Assembly: GCA_034521595.1 (NCBI GenBank)
Contig: JAXHMG010000003.1
Span: 640,001 to 704,000, forward strand
Origin: Gemmatimonadota bacterium
GTDB taxonomy: Bacteria; Gemmatimonadota; Gemmatimonadetes; Longimicrobiales; Gaopeijiaceae
Reading direction: 5' to 3'
Length of the DNA: 64,000 bases
Position numbers and translations under genes: made by a program. The notes under the pieces are model-generated. The model was not told the origin of the DNA. It searched no databases and saw nothing but the letters and a program-made list of their open reading frames with translations. Every line of letters starts with the position of its first letter. Position 1 is the stretch's first letter. Shown in pieces: positions 41,782 to 52,273 of the stretch.

Positions 41782-42600
41782 ATGTCTTTTACGAAGATCA
41801 TGGCCCTTATCGCGATGTTGACACGGGTGCGCGAGACGAACGAAGCTGTGACCCACGTGCTCGGCCGGGAGCACGAGATCGTCCGGGCGGCCACTTGGTC
41901 GAGGCTGGTCTGGTCGCTTCATGAGCGTCCGGTCACGGTTGCCGTGCTCGACGGTGCGGCGCTCGCTCGCATCCATCCCGAACGGGCGATCGTGGAGCTT
42001 CGGCGACGATATCCGAGCCTGGGGATCGTTGTCTTGGCCCGTGACGTGACCGACGCGGGTACGTGGTTCCGCCTTGGAAGAGCCGGGCTTTCCGACCTCG
42101 TGATTCTGCCGCTCGACGGGATGGCTCCAGCGCTGCCGAGGGCCATCCGGAACGCGCTCGACGGGAGCACGGCCTCGGTCGTGGAACGGGTCGTGAGCCC
42201 TTCGCTTCCCCGGAGGGAACGGAACGCCGTGCGCTGGACGCTCGAGGGGGTGCAGCGGGGGTGGGATACGGACGAAGTCTGCGCGCGCGCGGGGCTCACC
42301 CGACCCCACATGAGCGTCTGTCTGCGCGCGCACGGGCTCCCTTCGGTGGGACGTTTGCTGACGTGGGTCCGGATGCTCCACGCGGGGCGTTGGCTCTCTG
42401 ATCCCGGTCGCACGGGCGAGAGCGTTTCGCGGCAGCTGGGCTACGCCAACGGGGCGACGTTCAGGCGGGCTTTGAGGAACTACGTCGGGGCGACGCCGAG
42501 CGAGGTCGCGGCGCTGGGCGGCTTGCTCCCGGTGCTGGAATGCTTCGTCCAAGCATGCGATCTTGAAGTGCGGCCGCGCGCATTGAGCTCGGTCGCGTGA
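41782..42600 (+). CDS. AraC-family transcriptional regulator with N-terminal degenerate receiver-like domain
   Basis: C-terminal TGESVSRQLGYANGATFRRALRNYVGATPSEV; N-terminal VAVLD...LRRRYPSLGIVVL...RAGLSDLVILP. Confidence 0.85.
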   Translation: MSFTKIMALIAMLTRVRETNEAVTHVLGREHEIVRAATWSRLVWSLHERPVTVAVLDGAALARIHPERAIVELRRRYPSLGIVVLARDVTDAGTWFRLGRAGLSDLVILPLDGMAPALPRAIRNALDGSTASVVERVVSPSLPRRERNAVRWTLEGVQRGWDTDEVCARAGLTRPHMSVCLRAHGLPSVGRLLTWVRMLHAGRWLSDPGRTGESVSRQLGYANGATFRRALRNYVGATPSEVAALGGLLPVLECFVQACDLEVRPRALSSVA

Positions 42601-42624
42601 CGACCACGCCAGCCGGAAGGCGCA

Positions 42625-42879
42625 GTGATGATGAGAGAGTTCACCGATCGCGAAGGACGAACGTGGACCGCCCTCGTGCGCGAGGCACCCGCGACCGATT
42701 ACAAGGGACGCTACCACCTGGTGTTGCGCCCTGCGGATGAACCGGCGCGGGAATATCCGTTGGAGGATATCCGTTGGAACAGCGAGCGGACGGGTCTGCG
42801 AACCATCGAAACCATGTCCGAGGTCGAGTTGCGCCGACGCCTCCGCTCCGCGGTCGGGCGGGGGGCGGAGGTCCGGTGA
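42625..42879 (+). CDS. small hypothetical protein (84 aa)
   Basis: REFTDREGRTWTALV...IRWNSERT..RTIETMSEVELRRRL; compact ORF right after the AraC gene. Confidence 0.65.
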   Translation: MMMREFTDREGRTWTALVREAPATDYKGRYHLVLRPADEPAREYPLEDIRWNSERTGLRTIETMSEVELRRRLRSAVGRGAEVR

Positions 42880-42909
42880 GGTCACCCTGAAGCGACCCCG
42901 GGACCACGC

Positions 42910-44688
42910 TCAGCCTCCTCCGACTCCGACTTCACCTTCGTTACGAGGGATGACCAACCACTGTCCCGCGAGGATGGTGTTGCGATCAACCCGTGGGTTG
43001 GCGTCGAGGAGGTCGGCGAGCGAGATGCCGTACTGGCGGGCGATGACGGTGAGGTTCTCTCCCGGGCCGATGCGGTGACGCTGCGCGCCACTGCTAGCGG
43101 GCGGTGACACTTCGCTGGCCGCGACCTGTTCGTCCGCCGCCCGGGCTTCACCGAGTCCGCGCTCGACACGGGCCAGTCGGGCGCCGATCTGGTTCTCGAC
43201 GGCTTTCGCTCTAGCCACCGAGGGTGTTCCATTGAGCATGATGGCGAACGCTAGCCGCTCGCCGTTCTGGGTACGGACGACGCCGCTGAGCGCGGAAACG
43301 CGCTCGATCGTGCCTGTTTTCGCACGCAGGTTGCCGGCGGCCGCCGTCCGGTACATGCGCGGGAGCTCACGCGCGCGTCCGGCCTCCGGGAGTGTGGCCC
43401 AGTAGGTGTTCCAATGGGGATGCTCCGCCATGCGGTCCAGGACCTCGACGAGTTGGCGCGGAGTGACCCGGTTGCCGACAGAGAGCCCCGAGCCGTCGAG
43501 GAGCTCGATTCCGGCCGTGTCGACCCCGATACGCGCCAGGGCACTCCGGACTGCCCGCGCGCTCGCGGAAGGGGAGCCGACATTCGTCTCGATCCGCCCG
43601 ATGGTTCGGAAGACCAGCTCCGCGAAGAGGTTGTGGCTCTGCTTGTTGATCACTTCCAGATACGCCCGAAGCGGATCGGACGCGTAGCGGGCCAGAACCT
43701 TCGTGCCCCGCGTGCCCGCGAACGGTGCAGACAGCCGTGGCACGCTCGAGCGCCCGGGACGGTCCACGGTTCGCACCGTGCCCGACACCTCGACGCCCCT
43801 GTCCTCGAGCGCCGCGTGGAAAACGGAGGCGGCGAATGTAGCGGGATCCGGGACGGTGAACTGTCGCCACGCGTCTCTGGCTCTGATCCCGATCGTACCC
43901 TCGACGCGAATCGGTGCGAGGGGTTCCTCCCGGAGGATCGCGACCCTTGGTCTCGCTCCAGCTACGGTTTGCGCCAGATTCGAGATATCCAACCCGGCAT
44001 GATCCGGAATCGATTGGACGCGAGGGGGGGCGCCGACCTCCGCTGCCGGGGAGATCCGCATAGAGACGACGTTCTCGTTGAACGACAGGGCCGAGATCGG
44101 CGCGGTGAAATGATCGTTGAGGTCTCGTGGGTCCCATCCCGTTGGGCGCAGTGGCCCCGGCAGAAAGGACGCATCAGCGACCAGATCCCCTCGTACTTCC
44201 CGGATACCCGAAGCCTCGAGTTGGTCGAGCAACTCCTGGAACACGGCATCCCTTCGGTGGTGAAACCGGTTCGACAGGCCCGGATCCCCCGTTCCGTAGA
44301 GGATCAGGTCTCCGTCGAGCACGCCGTCCTCCCGGACCGTGCCGTCCGTCATCAAATAGGTGAGGAAGCGGTAGTCCGGTCCGAGCACCTCGAGCGCTGC
44401 CGCCGTGGTGAGGAGTTTGACGTTGGATGCTGGAGCCAGTGGAACGTCCGGGTTGACGGAATACAGGGTGTCGCCGTGGTCCATGGATACCACGAGCACA
44501 CCTCGATCCGTGTCCTGCCACGAGCGCCCCAGAAGGAGTCGATCCAAGCCCGAGCCCAGGGACTCGATCGCGGTTCCAGTGGACGGTGTGGGCTGAGCGG
44601 ACGCTGTGGTGGGAAGCCCGAGCATGCCGACGAGGGCGGCTCCGGCGAAGACGGCACGGACCCGGGGGCTCCTTGCATCACGGGTCAT
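42910..44688 (-). CDS. dacB: D-alanyl-D-alanine carboxypeptidase/endopeptidase (PBP4, peptidase S13) with C-terminal LysM
   Basis: PASNVK, SHN, DGSGLS, AKTGT; LysM HRIGPGENLTVIARQYGISLADLLDANP. Confidence 0.93.
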   Translation of the reverse strand: MTRDARSPRVRAVFAGAALVGMLGLPTTASAQPTPSTGTAIESLGSGLDRLLLGRSWQDTDRGVLVVSMDHGDTLYSVNPDVPLAPASNVKLLTTAAALEVLGPDYRFLTYLMTDGTVREDGVLDGDLILYGTGDPGLSNRFHHRRDAVFQELLDQLEASGIREVRGDLVADASFLPGPLRPTGWDPRDLNDHFTAPISALSFNENVVSMRISPAAEVGAPPRVQSIPDHAGLDISNLAQTVAGARPRVAILREEPLAPIRVEGTIGIRARDAWRQFTVPDPATFAASVFHAALEDRGVEVSGTVRTVDRPGRSSVPRLSAPFAGTRGTKVLARYASDPLRAYLEVINKQSHNLFAELVFRTIGRIETNVGSPSASARAVRSALARIGVDTAGIELLDGSGLSVGNRVTPRQLVEVLDRMAEHPHWNTYWATLPEAGRARELPRMYRTAAAGNLRAKTGTIERVSALSGVVRTQNGERLAFAIMLNGTPSVARAKAVENQIGARLARVERGLGEARAADEQVAASEVSPPASSGAQRHRIGPGENLTVIARQYGISLADLLDANPRVDRNTILAGQWLVIPRNEGEVGVGGG

Positions 44689-44716
44689 CGGGGTACCCGT
44701 ATGTCGCGAGGGCCGG

Positions 44717-45199
44717 TCAGGCGCTCAGAGGGGTGTGCCCCCCCTCCGGTAGGCAATCCGCGCAATAGCCGGAAAGCTCGAAGCGATATCCGACGACGGT
44801 GAAGCTTCCGGCTCGCTCTCGTAGCTCCTCGAGCTCTCTTTTCGGCAACTCTCCGGGCAGGTCACGCACCTTGCCGCACGCGAGACAGCGGGCGTGATGG
44901 TGCGGGTCGGTGCGACCGTCGTAGCGGGAAGAGTCGTCGGTGTAGTTGAGCTTCAGGGCGAGGCCGCACCCCACCAAGGTTTCCAGGCTCTTGTAGACCG
45001 TGGCCAACGAGATGGTGGGAAGCTCGCCGCGCACGGCCACGAGCACTTCGTCCGCGGTCGGATGCGTGTCGGTGCTGACGAGATAGCGGTACACGGCGGC
45101 ACGCTGTTCCGTGAACCGCTGGCCGCTGGCCTCGAGTGCTTCGCGAAGCTGTGCTTCGCTGGTCTCGGGACTAGTGTCGATGTTCTGTTCGTCCTTCAT
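44717..45199 (-). CDS. Fur-family regulator, PerR-like
   Basis: TEQR, HPTADE, SLATVYKSL, RYD...HHHARCLACG, CADC. Confidence 0.9.
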   Translation of the reverse strand: MKDEQNIDTSPETSEAQLREALEASGQRFTEQRAAVYRYLVSTDTHPTADEVLVAVRGELPTISLATVYKSLETLVGCGLALKLNYTDDSSRYDGRTDPHHHARCLACGKVRDLPGELPKRELEELRERAGSFTVVGYRFELSGYCADCLPEGGHTPLSA

Positions 45200-45234
45200 C
45201 CGCTGCACCCTCGTAACCGGAGCTGGCTGATTGT

Positions 45235-45264
45235 AGTGTACACGGATTCGAGACTGGGTGTCAA
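45235..45264 (-). promoter_or_regulatory. sigma70-type promoter of the Fur/PerR gene
   Basis: TTGACA (45264-45259), 18-nt spacer, TACACT (45240-45235). Confidence 0.55.
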
Positions 45265-45319
45265 CCGAACCGAGCTTTGCGCCGAAGCGCGGAAATGCCG
45301 TCGATAAGCGAATTTAACC

Positions 45320-45877
45320 ATGAACGACCACGATGTTCCCATCCTGACGCTCGAGCCTCTGATCCAGGCGGTTCGGACTGGATTGGAGGGCTCCGGGTGG
45401 ACGCTCTCGGGCCTGCAGAAGACCACCAGCCACGAGTTCGAGGGACGGTGGGCCGGGGAATCCACCCGAAGCGCCTACTTGTTCTTCCACCGGGACGAGC
45501 GTGAAGAGCCGGTCGAGATCGACGTGTACCTCGACGAAACGAGCCGGGGACTCACCGGGACCCTCGCGTTGGTGGTGGATCTCCGTGACCTCGGGGAGGC
45601 AGGGCCCGTCCCCGAGTTGCTCGAGCGGCTCGCGACCCTGGCGGCCGAGCGTCTTCCACGGGGATGCCGGACACCCTTGTCCCTGCGCTTCGGACTGCCT
45701 GATCGGGGGGTGGGGGTCGGTGCCGCCGAGACGGAAGTCCGTTTCAAGCTGCGGATACCTCGCCGATCCATCGAGGAGGGGGCTGCTGCCGTGGTCGACC
45801 TTACGGGGGGTACGGTGTCCGCCTTCGAGCGTCTCCTGGACGAGCCGGAGCTCCATGCGGTGATGGCTCCGGTCTGA
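45320..45877 (+). CDS. hypothetical protein
   Basis: Globular-looking 185-aa ORF ([29 protein letters not shown]) filling the gap between fur and acs. Confidence 0.65.
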   Translation: MNDHDVPILTLEPLIQAVRTGLEGSGWTLSGLQKTTSHEFEGRWAGESTRSAYLFFHRDEREEPVEIDVYLDETSRGLTGTLALVVDLRDLGEAGPVPELLERLATLAAERLPRGCRTPLSLRFGLPDRGVGVGAAETEVRFKLRIPRRSIEEGAAAVVDLTGGTVSAFERLLDEPELHAVMAPV

Positions 45878-46013
45878 ATCCTCCTGCCAAGGGCCACATG
45901 CCCCGGATTGCGGCGCGCTCCCTTGCCGATCGGTCCATTGCCCGCAGATTGGGCGGAGTCAGCCGGTTCCGATGGGGACCGGGCAGTTGTGCTCCACATC
46001 CGCGAGGCGTTCG

Positions 46014-47972
46014 ATGAGTGAAGATTCCGCATCCCTCGACGACCTGCTGCACGAGAATCGGCGCTTTCCACCTCCGGAGTCGTTCGCGCATGGAGCCGTG
46101 CTTGCCGACCCCGAGGTGTATGAGCGGGCGGAGCGCGACAGGGAGGCGTATTGGGCCGGGTGGGCTTCGGAGCTCGAGTGGGCCGAACCGTGGGAAACAG
46201 TCCTCGAGTGGACGCCACCCCACGCGAAGTGGTTCGTGGGCGGCAAGCTCAACGTCGCGCGCAACTGTCTGGACCGGCACGTGGACGCGGGCAAGGGTGA
46301 GCGAACCGCGCTGCTTTGGGAAGGCGAGCCCGGCGACCGGCGGAGCTACACCTATCGCGAGCTCCTCGACGAGGTGTGCCGGCTCGCGAACGCGCTTGCC
46401 GAGCTAGGGGTCGGCAAGGGCGACCGGGTGACCATCTACCTCCCGATGATCCCGGAAGCGGCCGTCGCCATGCTCGCGTGCGCGAGGATCGGTGCGATCC
46501 ATTCCGTCGTATTCGGTGGCTTCAGCCCCCATGCTCTCGCCGACCGAAACAACGACGCCGACGCGAAGGTGCTGATCACGGCCGACGGCGGTTGGCGACG
46601 TGGCGAGATCGTGTCCCTGAAGGACAACGCGGACAAGGCACTCGAGACGTCGCCTACCGTTCAACACGTGGTGGTGGTGCACCGGGGCGGAGAGCTCTCG
46701 GAGCAGTCCGCACCCGCGATGGAGGCGGGCCGCGACCACTGGTACGGAGATTTGATCGAGAAGGCTTCGGCCGAGCACGCGGCGCCACCGATGGATGCGG
46801 AGGATCCGCTGTACATCCTGTACACCTCGGGCACGACCGGTAAGCCGAAGGGTGTCGTACATACCACGGGCGGCTATCTGACGCAGGTCTACGCCACCAC
46901 GAAGGCCGTCTTCGATCTGCGCGACGACGACGTCTATTGGTGCACGGCCGACGTCGGGTGGGTGACCGGGCACAGCTACATCGTCTACGGACCACTGGCG
47001 AACGCGGCCACCGTGGTCATGTACGAGGGCGCCCCCGACTGGCCGAACCGAGGGCGGTTCTGGGAGATCTGCGAGCGCTACGGGGTCACGATCTTTTACA
47101 CGGCACCCACCGCGATTCGGGCGTTCATGCGGTGGGGCGAGTCCTGGCCGGCGAAGTTCGATCTAGGGTCCCTCCGCCTGCTGGGCACCGTGGGTGAGCC
47201 GATCAACCCCGAGGCGTGGATGTGGTATCACCGGGTGATCGGCGGCGAACGCTGTCCAATCGTGGACACGTGGTGGCAGACCGAGACCGGGGCGATCATG
47301 ATCACCCCGCTCCCCGCGCTCACCGAAGCCAAGCCGGGCACGGCCACCAAGCCCTTTCCGGGGATCGAAGCGACGATCCTCACCGATGCAGGAGAGGAGA
47401 GCAACGCAGGGTATCTCGCCATCACGTCACCGTGGCCGTCGATGCTTCGCACGATCTGGGGAGACGACGAGCGTTACCGTGCGACGTACTGGGCGAAGTG
47501 GCCCGACACGTATTTTCCTGGCGACGGAGCCAAGCGCGACGCCGACGGATATTTCTGGATCCTCGGTCGTGTGGACGACGTCCTCAACGTGGCGGGACAC
47601 CGCATCGGCACCATGGAGGTGGAGAGCGCGCTGGTCGATCATCCGGCCGTGGTGGAAGCGGCCGTGGTCGGCAAGAAGCATGAGGTGAAGGGGCAGTCGA
47701 TCGCCGCGTTCGTGACGCTCGGTGAAGACCATGAGCCATCCGACGCCCTGACCCGGGAGGTCAGGGACCACGTCGGTACGATGATCGGCGCGATCGCGAA
47801 GCCCGAGATCGTGGTGTTCACGGCGGATCTGCCGAAGACACGGTCGGGCAAGATCATGCGACGGTTGTTGCGCGACATCGCCGACGGCCACGTGGTGGGC
47901 GACACGACGACTCTGGCGGACCCGGCGGTCGTGGAGCGGGTCAAGGCGCATTACGAAGAAGACGGGGTCTGA
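46014..47972 (+). CDS. acs: acetyl-CoA synthetase
   Basis: [46 protein letters not shown]. Confidence 0.98.
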   Translation: MSEDSASLDDLLHENRRFPPPESFAHGAVLADPEVYERAERDREAYWAGWASELEWAEPWETVLEWTPPHAKWFVGGKLNVARNCLDRHVDAGKGERTALLWEGEPGDRRSYTYRELLDEVCRLANALAELGVGKGDRVTIYLPMIPEAAVAMLACARIGAIHSVVFGGFSPHALADRNNDADAKVLITADGGWRRGEIVSLKDNADKALETSPTVQHVVVVHRGGELSEQSAPAMEAGRDHWYGDLIEKASAEHAAPPMDAEDPLYILYTSGTTGKPKGVVHTTGGYLTQVYATTKAVFDLRDDDVYWCTADVGWVTGHSYIVYGPLANAATVVMYEGAPDWPNRGRFWEICERYGVTIFYTAPTAIRAFMRWGESWPAKFDLGSLRLLGTVGEPINPEAWMWYHRVIGGERCPIVDTWWQTETGAIMITPLPALTEAKPGTATKPFPGIEATILTDAGEESNAGYLAITSPWPSMLRTIWGDDERYRATYWAKWPDTYFPGDGAKRDADGYFWILGRVDDVLNVAGHRIGTMEVESALVDHPAVVEAAVVGKKHEVKGQSIAAFVTLGEDHEPSDALTREVRDHVGTMIGAIAKPEIVVFTADLPKTRSGKIMRRLLRDIADGHVVGDTTTLADPAVVERVKAHYEEDGV

Positions 47973-47977
47973 CGGCC

Positions 47978-48015
47978 GGCGGAGGGGAGCACCGCGCCGG
48001 GGCCAGCCCTCCGCC
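47978..48015. terminator. hairpin between convergent acs and acyltransferase genes
   Basis: GGCGGAGGG ... CCCTCCGCC; no U-tract. Confidence 0.35.
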
Positions 48016-48837
48016 TCAATCCGCCAGCGGGTCGGGCGTCGATGGGGCCTTGTCGGCCCGCTGCTCCGGCGGCTTCTCCTTGATCTGGCGAGCGGGTACG
48101 CCGACGTAAACCCAGTGTGGCTCGGTATCCCTGGTCAGGATCGAGCCCGCTCCCACCATGGAATCTTCCGCGACCGTAGTGCCTGCCAGGATGGTGGCGT
48201 GATAGGTGATGCGAGCCCCGGGACCGATGCGCGTCCAGGGAAGGTGCACCATCCGCCCGTCCACGATGTCGTGCGAGTGGGAATAGACGTTCGCGAAGTC
48301 CGATACGGAGGCACCCCTTCCGATCTCGATCCCTCCCCGATCGTCCAGGAGCACGTGCCGATGGATCACGACGCCGTCGTCCACGTGGAGGTTGTAGCCG
48401 AAGGAGACACGCACGTGGCAGAATGCCTTGAAGTTCTTGCCGCAGCTGCCGAACACGTGCCGGGCCAGAATCCTTCGGAAGCGCACGCCCAGAGCGACAT
48501 TCTCACCGAGCGGACTACGGTCGAACATCTCCCACAGCCAGATCAGCGGCTTGCGCGGCGTGTACCGCTCGAGGTCGATATCCTCGTAGTACTCGGGCTC
48601 CAAGGTGATGTTGCGAGGATCCATCTGGCTGAGGGCTACCCGGGCTCCGAGCGACAACTCGTTCGGGTCCGCGTTCCGTAGCTCGGGGTAGTAGATACTC
48701 GTCAGCACGTCGCGGCAAAGCTCGTTCCGGTCACAATCGGGATCGTCGAGCGCGTCCGAGATGCTGCCGAGCCAGGAGTCGTAGAGCTCCTCGGCTTCCT
48801 GGGAAACCGGGACGGGGCGCAGAGGATGAAAGGGCAT
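48016..48837 (-). CDS. hexapeptide-repeat acyltransferase
   Basis: Left-handed beta-helix repeats, YSHSH, VGAGSILTRD, YVGVPAR. Confidence 0.85.
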   Translation of the reverse strand: MPFHPLRPVPVSQEAEELYDSWLGSISDALDDPDCDRNELCRDVLTSIYYPELRNADPNELSLGARVALSQMDPRNITLEPEYYEDIDLERYTPRKPLIWLWEMFDRSPLGENVALGVRFRRILARHVFGSCGKNFKAFCHVRVSFGYNLHVDDGVVIHRHVLLDDRGGIEIGRGASVSDFANVYSHSHDIVDGRMVHLPWTRIGPGARITYHATILAGTTVAEDSMVGAGSILTRDTEPHWVYVGVPARQIKEKPPEQRADKAPSTPDPLAD

Positions 48838-48975
48838 GGCAATGAGCTTGAAGTGGTTTCGTGATCGGGGGAGCTCGCCCTCCGAGGCGTCGCTTCAGCC
48901 GGCCCGGTGCGAGGGCGGGCCGCGTCGATTAGACTTGAGCGGCCTCGAAGTTCCCTTCAAAGGTCGAGCGATTCG

Positions 48976-49389
48976 ATGCACGATGTCCTCAGGCAGCGCC
49001 TCCTCCGTCGTATCGAGAGCCTGCCCGACGCGCAGATCTACCAAGTGCTCGACTATGTCGAATTCCTCGAGTCGAAGTACGTCGACGCGGCCCCCGCCCA
49101 GACCACCGGCTTGCAGAAGTTCGCCGAAGGTCTGGAGGACAAGCTGAGGAAGAAGGCGGTGAGCCCGAGCACGATTCGCGAGGCATTCCAGCTGATCGCC
49201 GCGGCGGATCGCGTGCTCTCGGATGTTTCGTCCGCCGGAAAGCAGATCCTGGAGGACCTGAACGAGCCTCCGGGAACGAACGAGATCCCGGAACGGGAGG
49301 GCCCCGCGGAGCACGGTGAGCTACCGGGAAGGGCAAGGGGCACGGAGGACGCGGCCTCCCCGGACGACCCGAGCGAGCCTTCCCGTTGA
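48976..49389 (+). CDS. DUF2281-like small helical protein
   Basis: RIESLPDAQIYQVLDYVEFLESKY. Confidence 0.65.
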   Translation: MHDVLRQRLLRRIESLPDAQIYQVLDYVEFLESKYVDAAPAQTTGLQKFAEGLEDKLRKKAVSPSTIREAFQLIAAADRVLSDVSSAGKQILEDLNEPPGTNEIPEREGPAEHGELPGRARGTEDAASPDDPSEPSR

Positions 49390-49405
49390 CGCTCGGGAAG
49401 GCTCG
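49374..49405 (+). terminator. 12-bp stem-loop over the stop of the DUF2281-like gene
   Basis: CGAGCCTTCCCG-8 nt-CGGGAAGGCTCG. Confidence 0.4.
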
Positions 49406-49527
49406 GCCTATCCTCTCCCATGAAACCGATACGAAAGACGCTTTACGTGAACGCCCGTCCTCGCCCGTGCCGCTTCGGTGGCCTGCGCGGAGGCGGGCGT
49501 TCGCCGTTCTGCGAGGTCGAATAATTG

Positions 49528-51006
49528 ATGAGTGATCAGGCTCCGGGTAGGTCGAAGATCGTCCAGGAAGGGCTCACGTTCGACGACGTGCTCCTCATTC
49601 CGGGTCATTCCGTGGTGCATCCGAAGGACACGGACGTATCGTCCCTGGTGACCCGGGGCATCAGGCTGAACATACCCTTGCTCGCCGCGGCCATGGACAC
49701 GGTGACCGAGTCCGCAATGGCCATCCAAATGGCCCGCGAAGGTGGGATGGGCGTGGTTCACAAGAACCTTCCGGCCGAACGGCAGGCGGAAGAGATCGAC
49801 CGGGTCAAGCGCTCCGAGAGTGGGATGATCCTGAATCCCATCACGCTCGACTCCGATGCCCGGCTTCAGGATGCCCATGACCTCATGGCCCGGTTTTCGA
49901 TCAGTGGCGTCCCGATCGTGGAAGGTGAAGGACGTCTGGTCGGCATCATCACGAATCGCGACATGCAGTTCGAGGTCGATCTTTCGCGATCCATCGCCGA
50001 CGTGATGACGTCCGAGAACCTCGTTACCGTGCCGGTCGGAACGACGCTCGAGGAGGCGCAGGCGATCCTTCACCGGCATCGGATCGAAAAGCTTCCCGTC
50101 GTGGACGAGAACGGGAAGTTGCGCGGCCTGATCACGGTCAAGGACATCTTCAAGCGCCGGAAGTACCCGGACGCGTGCAAGGACGAACACGGGCGACTGC
50201 GGGTAGGGGGAGCCGTCGGTGCCTCCAATGCCGACATGGACCGGGCGGCGCTGCTCGTGGACGCCGGAGTGGACATGCTGGTCGTGGACACCGCGCACGG
50301 CCACTCCGAGGGGGTCCTCAAAGCGGTGGCACGGGTCCGAGAGCGGTTTCCCGACATTCAGCTCGTCGGGGGAAACGTGGGAACCGTCGCAGGAGCCAAG
50401 GCGTTGGTGGAGCGTGGTGTCGACGCCGTCAAGGTCGGGGTCGGACCGGGATCGATCTGTACGACCCGGATCGTGACGGGGGTCGGGCTCCCACAGATCA
50501 CGGCGATCATGGATGCGGTGCAGGGCGTCGACGAGGCCGTTCCGGTCATCGCGGACGGCGGCATCCGCTTTTCCGGGGATATCGTCAAGGCGCTGGCCGC
50601 AGGGGCGCATTGCGTCATGATGGGATCGATGTTCGCGGGCACGGATGAAGCGCCCGGCGAAAGCTTTCTCCTGGAGGGGAGACGCTTCAAGACCGTTCGC
50701 GGAATGGGTTCTTTGTCGGCCATGGAGGAAGGGTCGGCCGACCGGTACTTTCAGGAAAGCTCGGCGGACAAGGCCAAGCTCGTTCCGGAAGGGATCGAAG
50801 CGAGGGTCCCCTACAAGGGTCCGGTATCGGATACGATCTATCAGCTGCTCGGGGGCCTGCGAAGTGGCATGGGGTACTGTGGCGCCGGAACACTCGCCGA
50901 GCTCCGTGACGATGCCCGCTTCAACAGAGTCACCATGGGCGGCCTTCGTGAGTCGCATCCGCACGATGTGACCATCACTCGTGAGGCACCGAACTACCGC
51001 CTCTGA
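49528..51006 (+). CDS. guaB: IMP dehydrogenase
   Basis: [18 protein letters not shown] pair, [18 protein letters not shown]. Confidence 0.98.
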   Translation: MSDQAPGRSKIVQEGLTFDDVLLIPGHSVVHPKDTDVSSLVTRGIRLNIPLLAAAMDTVTESAMAIQMAREGGMGVVHKNLPAERQAEEIDRVKRSESGMILNPITLDSDARLQDAHDLMARFSISGVPIVEGEGRLVGIITNRDMQFEVDLSRSIADVMTSENLVTVPVGTTLEEAQAILHRHRIEKLPVVDENGKLRGLITVKDIFKRRKYPDACKDEHGRLRVGGAVGASNADMDRAALLVDAGVDMLVVDTAHGHSEGVLKAVARVRERFPDIQLVGGNVGTVAGAKALVERGVDAVKVGVGPGSICTTRIVTGVGLPQITAIMDAVQGVDEAVPVIADGGIRFSGDIVKALAAGAHCVMMGSMFAGTDEAPGESFLLEGRRFKTVRGMGSLSAMEEGSADRYFQESSADKAKLVPEGIEARVPYKGPVSDTIYQLLGGLRSGMGYCGAGTLAELRDDARFNRVTMGGLRESHPHDVTITREAPNYRL

Positions 51007-51013
51007 TTCGCGC

Positions 51014-52237
51014 GTGCGATGGCGCGCGCGCGCGGCCGCCCGCCGAGCCGGCCCGGGCTCGGGGGTACGGACGTGGTTGCTCGCATCCGTCGGGGGGATC
51101 GTTCTGTCCGGCTGTGCCGGTGGCTCCGGGCCCGCCGTTCCAGGCCCTTACCCGTCACCCGAGCCCGAGATCGAAGCGGTCCTCCCGGAGTCGGTGATCG
51201 ACTCACTGGAGTTCGCGCCTCCGCCCGAGGACGTGTCGACCGATCCTCTCCGCGCGACGAGCATGTTGCGCAACCCCGAGTTCGAAGCCGAAGTGACGCG
51301 TTGGGTCGAGCGTTGGACGGAGATGCCGGCTCCGTGGCTGGCGAGAGAGTTCGAGCGCATGGGGAGTCATGTGGCGGAGGTCGATTCGATGCTGAAGGCG
51401 CGAGACCTCCCTCGTTCGCTTCGCTATCTGCCGATCGTGGAGAGCGGATACAATCCGCGTGCGGTGAGCCCCGCGCGTGCGGTCGGCTTGTGGCAGCTCA
51501 TGGAGGGGACGGCCCGTGACCTCGACGTGCGCGTGTCCCCCCTCATCGACGAGCGAATGCATCCGGGCCGCTCCACGGAGGCCGCTTTGGATTTCCTCGA
51601 GCAGCTTCACGACGACTTCGGGTCGTGGTTCCTGGCCCTCGCCGCCTACAACGCGGGGCCTGCGCGGGTGCGCGGCATATTGCGTCGGCACGCTCCGCTC
51701 GAGCCTCGCTCCGATGCGCTGTTCTGGAAGATCCGCCCCTACCTTCCGAGGGAAACGCGTGACTTCGTGCCCAAGCTCTTCGCCGCGATTCGGATCGCCG
51801 AGCGACCGGAAAACTTCGGACACTCCGGTCCGAGCGTGCGACCTTCGGAGTACGAGGAGATCGAGATCTCGGATCAGGCGACGCTCGACGTCGTGGCCCG
51901 CGCAGCCGGGGTCACCCAGGAGGAGATCGAGCGCCTCAACCCGCACATCGTCCGAGGGCTGACACCGCCGCAAGCGACCGTGCGGCTGAGGGTGCCGGCG
52001 GGAACGGGAGCGCGCTTCCGGGCCCGGTTCGCCGAGATTCCTCCCGAGGAGCGCGTGACCTTCTTGGAGCACCGAGTCGCCGAAGGGGAGACTCTCTCGC
52101 ACATCGCCGTTCGCTACGGCGTGCCCCTCGCGGATCTACGGGCGGCGAACCCGTCGGTGCGGGATCGTTACCTTCGGGTCGGCAGGCTTCTCACGGTGCC
52201 GGTGGCTCCGAGCGTGAGAGCGGGTGGCATGGACTGA
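51014..52237 (+). CDS. MltD-like lytic transglycosylase lipoprotein with LysM (start uncertain)
   Basis: LSGC lipobox, LPIVESGY, AVGLWQLM, LAAYNAG, ETRDFVPK, LysM HRVAEGETLSHIAVRYGV. Confidence 0.88.
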   Translation: MRWRARAAARRAGPGSGVRTWLLASVGGIVLSGCAGGSGPAVPGPYPSPEPEIEAVLPESVIDSLEFAPPPEDVSTDPLRATSMLRNPEFEAEVTRWVERWTEMPAPWLAREFERMGSHVAEVDSMLKARDLPRSLRYLPIVESGYNPRAVSPARAVGLWQLMEGTARDLDVRVSPLIDERMHPGRSTEAALDFLEQLHDDFGSWFLALAAYNAGPARVRGILRRHAPLEPRSDALFWKIRPYLPRETRDFVPKLFAAIRIAERPENFGHSGPSVRPSEYEEIEISDQATLDVVARAAGVTQEEIERLNPHIVRGLTPPQATVRLRVPAGTGARFRARFAEIPPEERVTFLEHRVAEGETLSHIAVRYGVPLADLRAANPSVRDRYLRVGRLLTVPVAPSVRAGGMD

Positions 52238-52273
52238 CACCGGCGTGCCCCGCGAGGGAGCGGCGAGAGGCCC

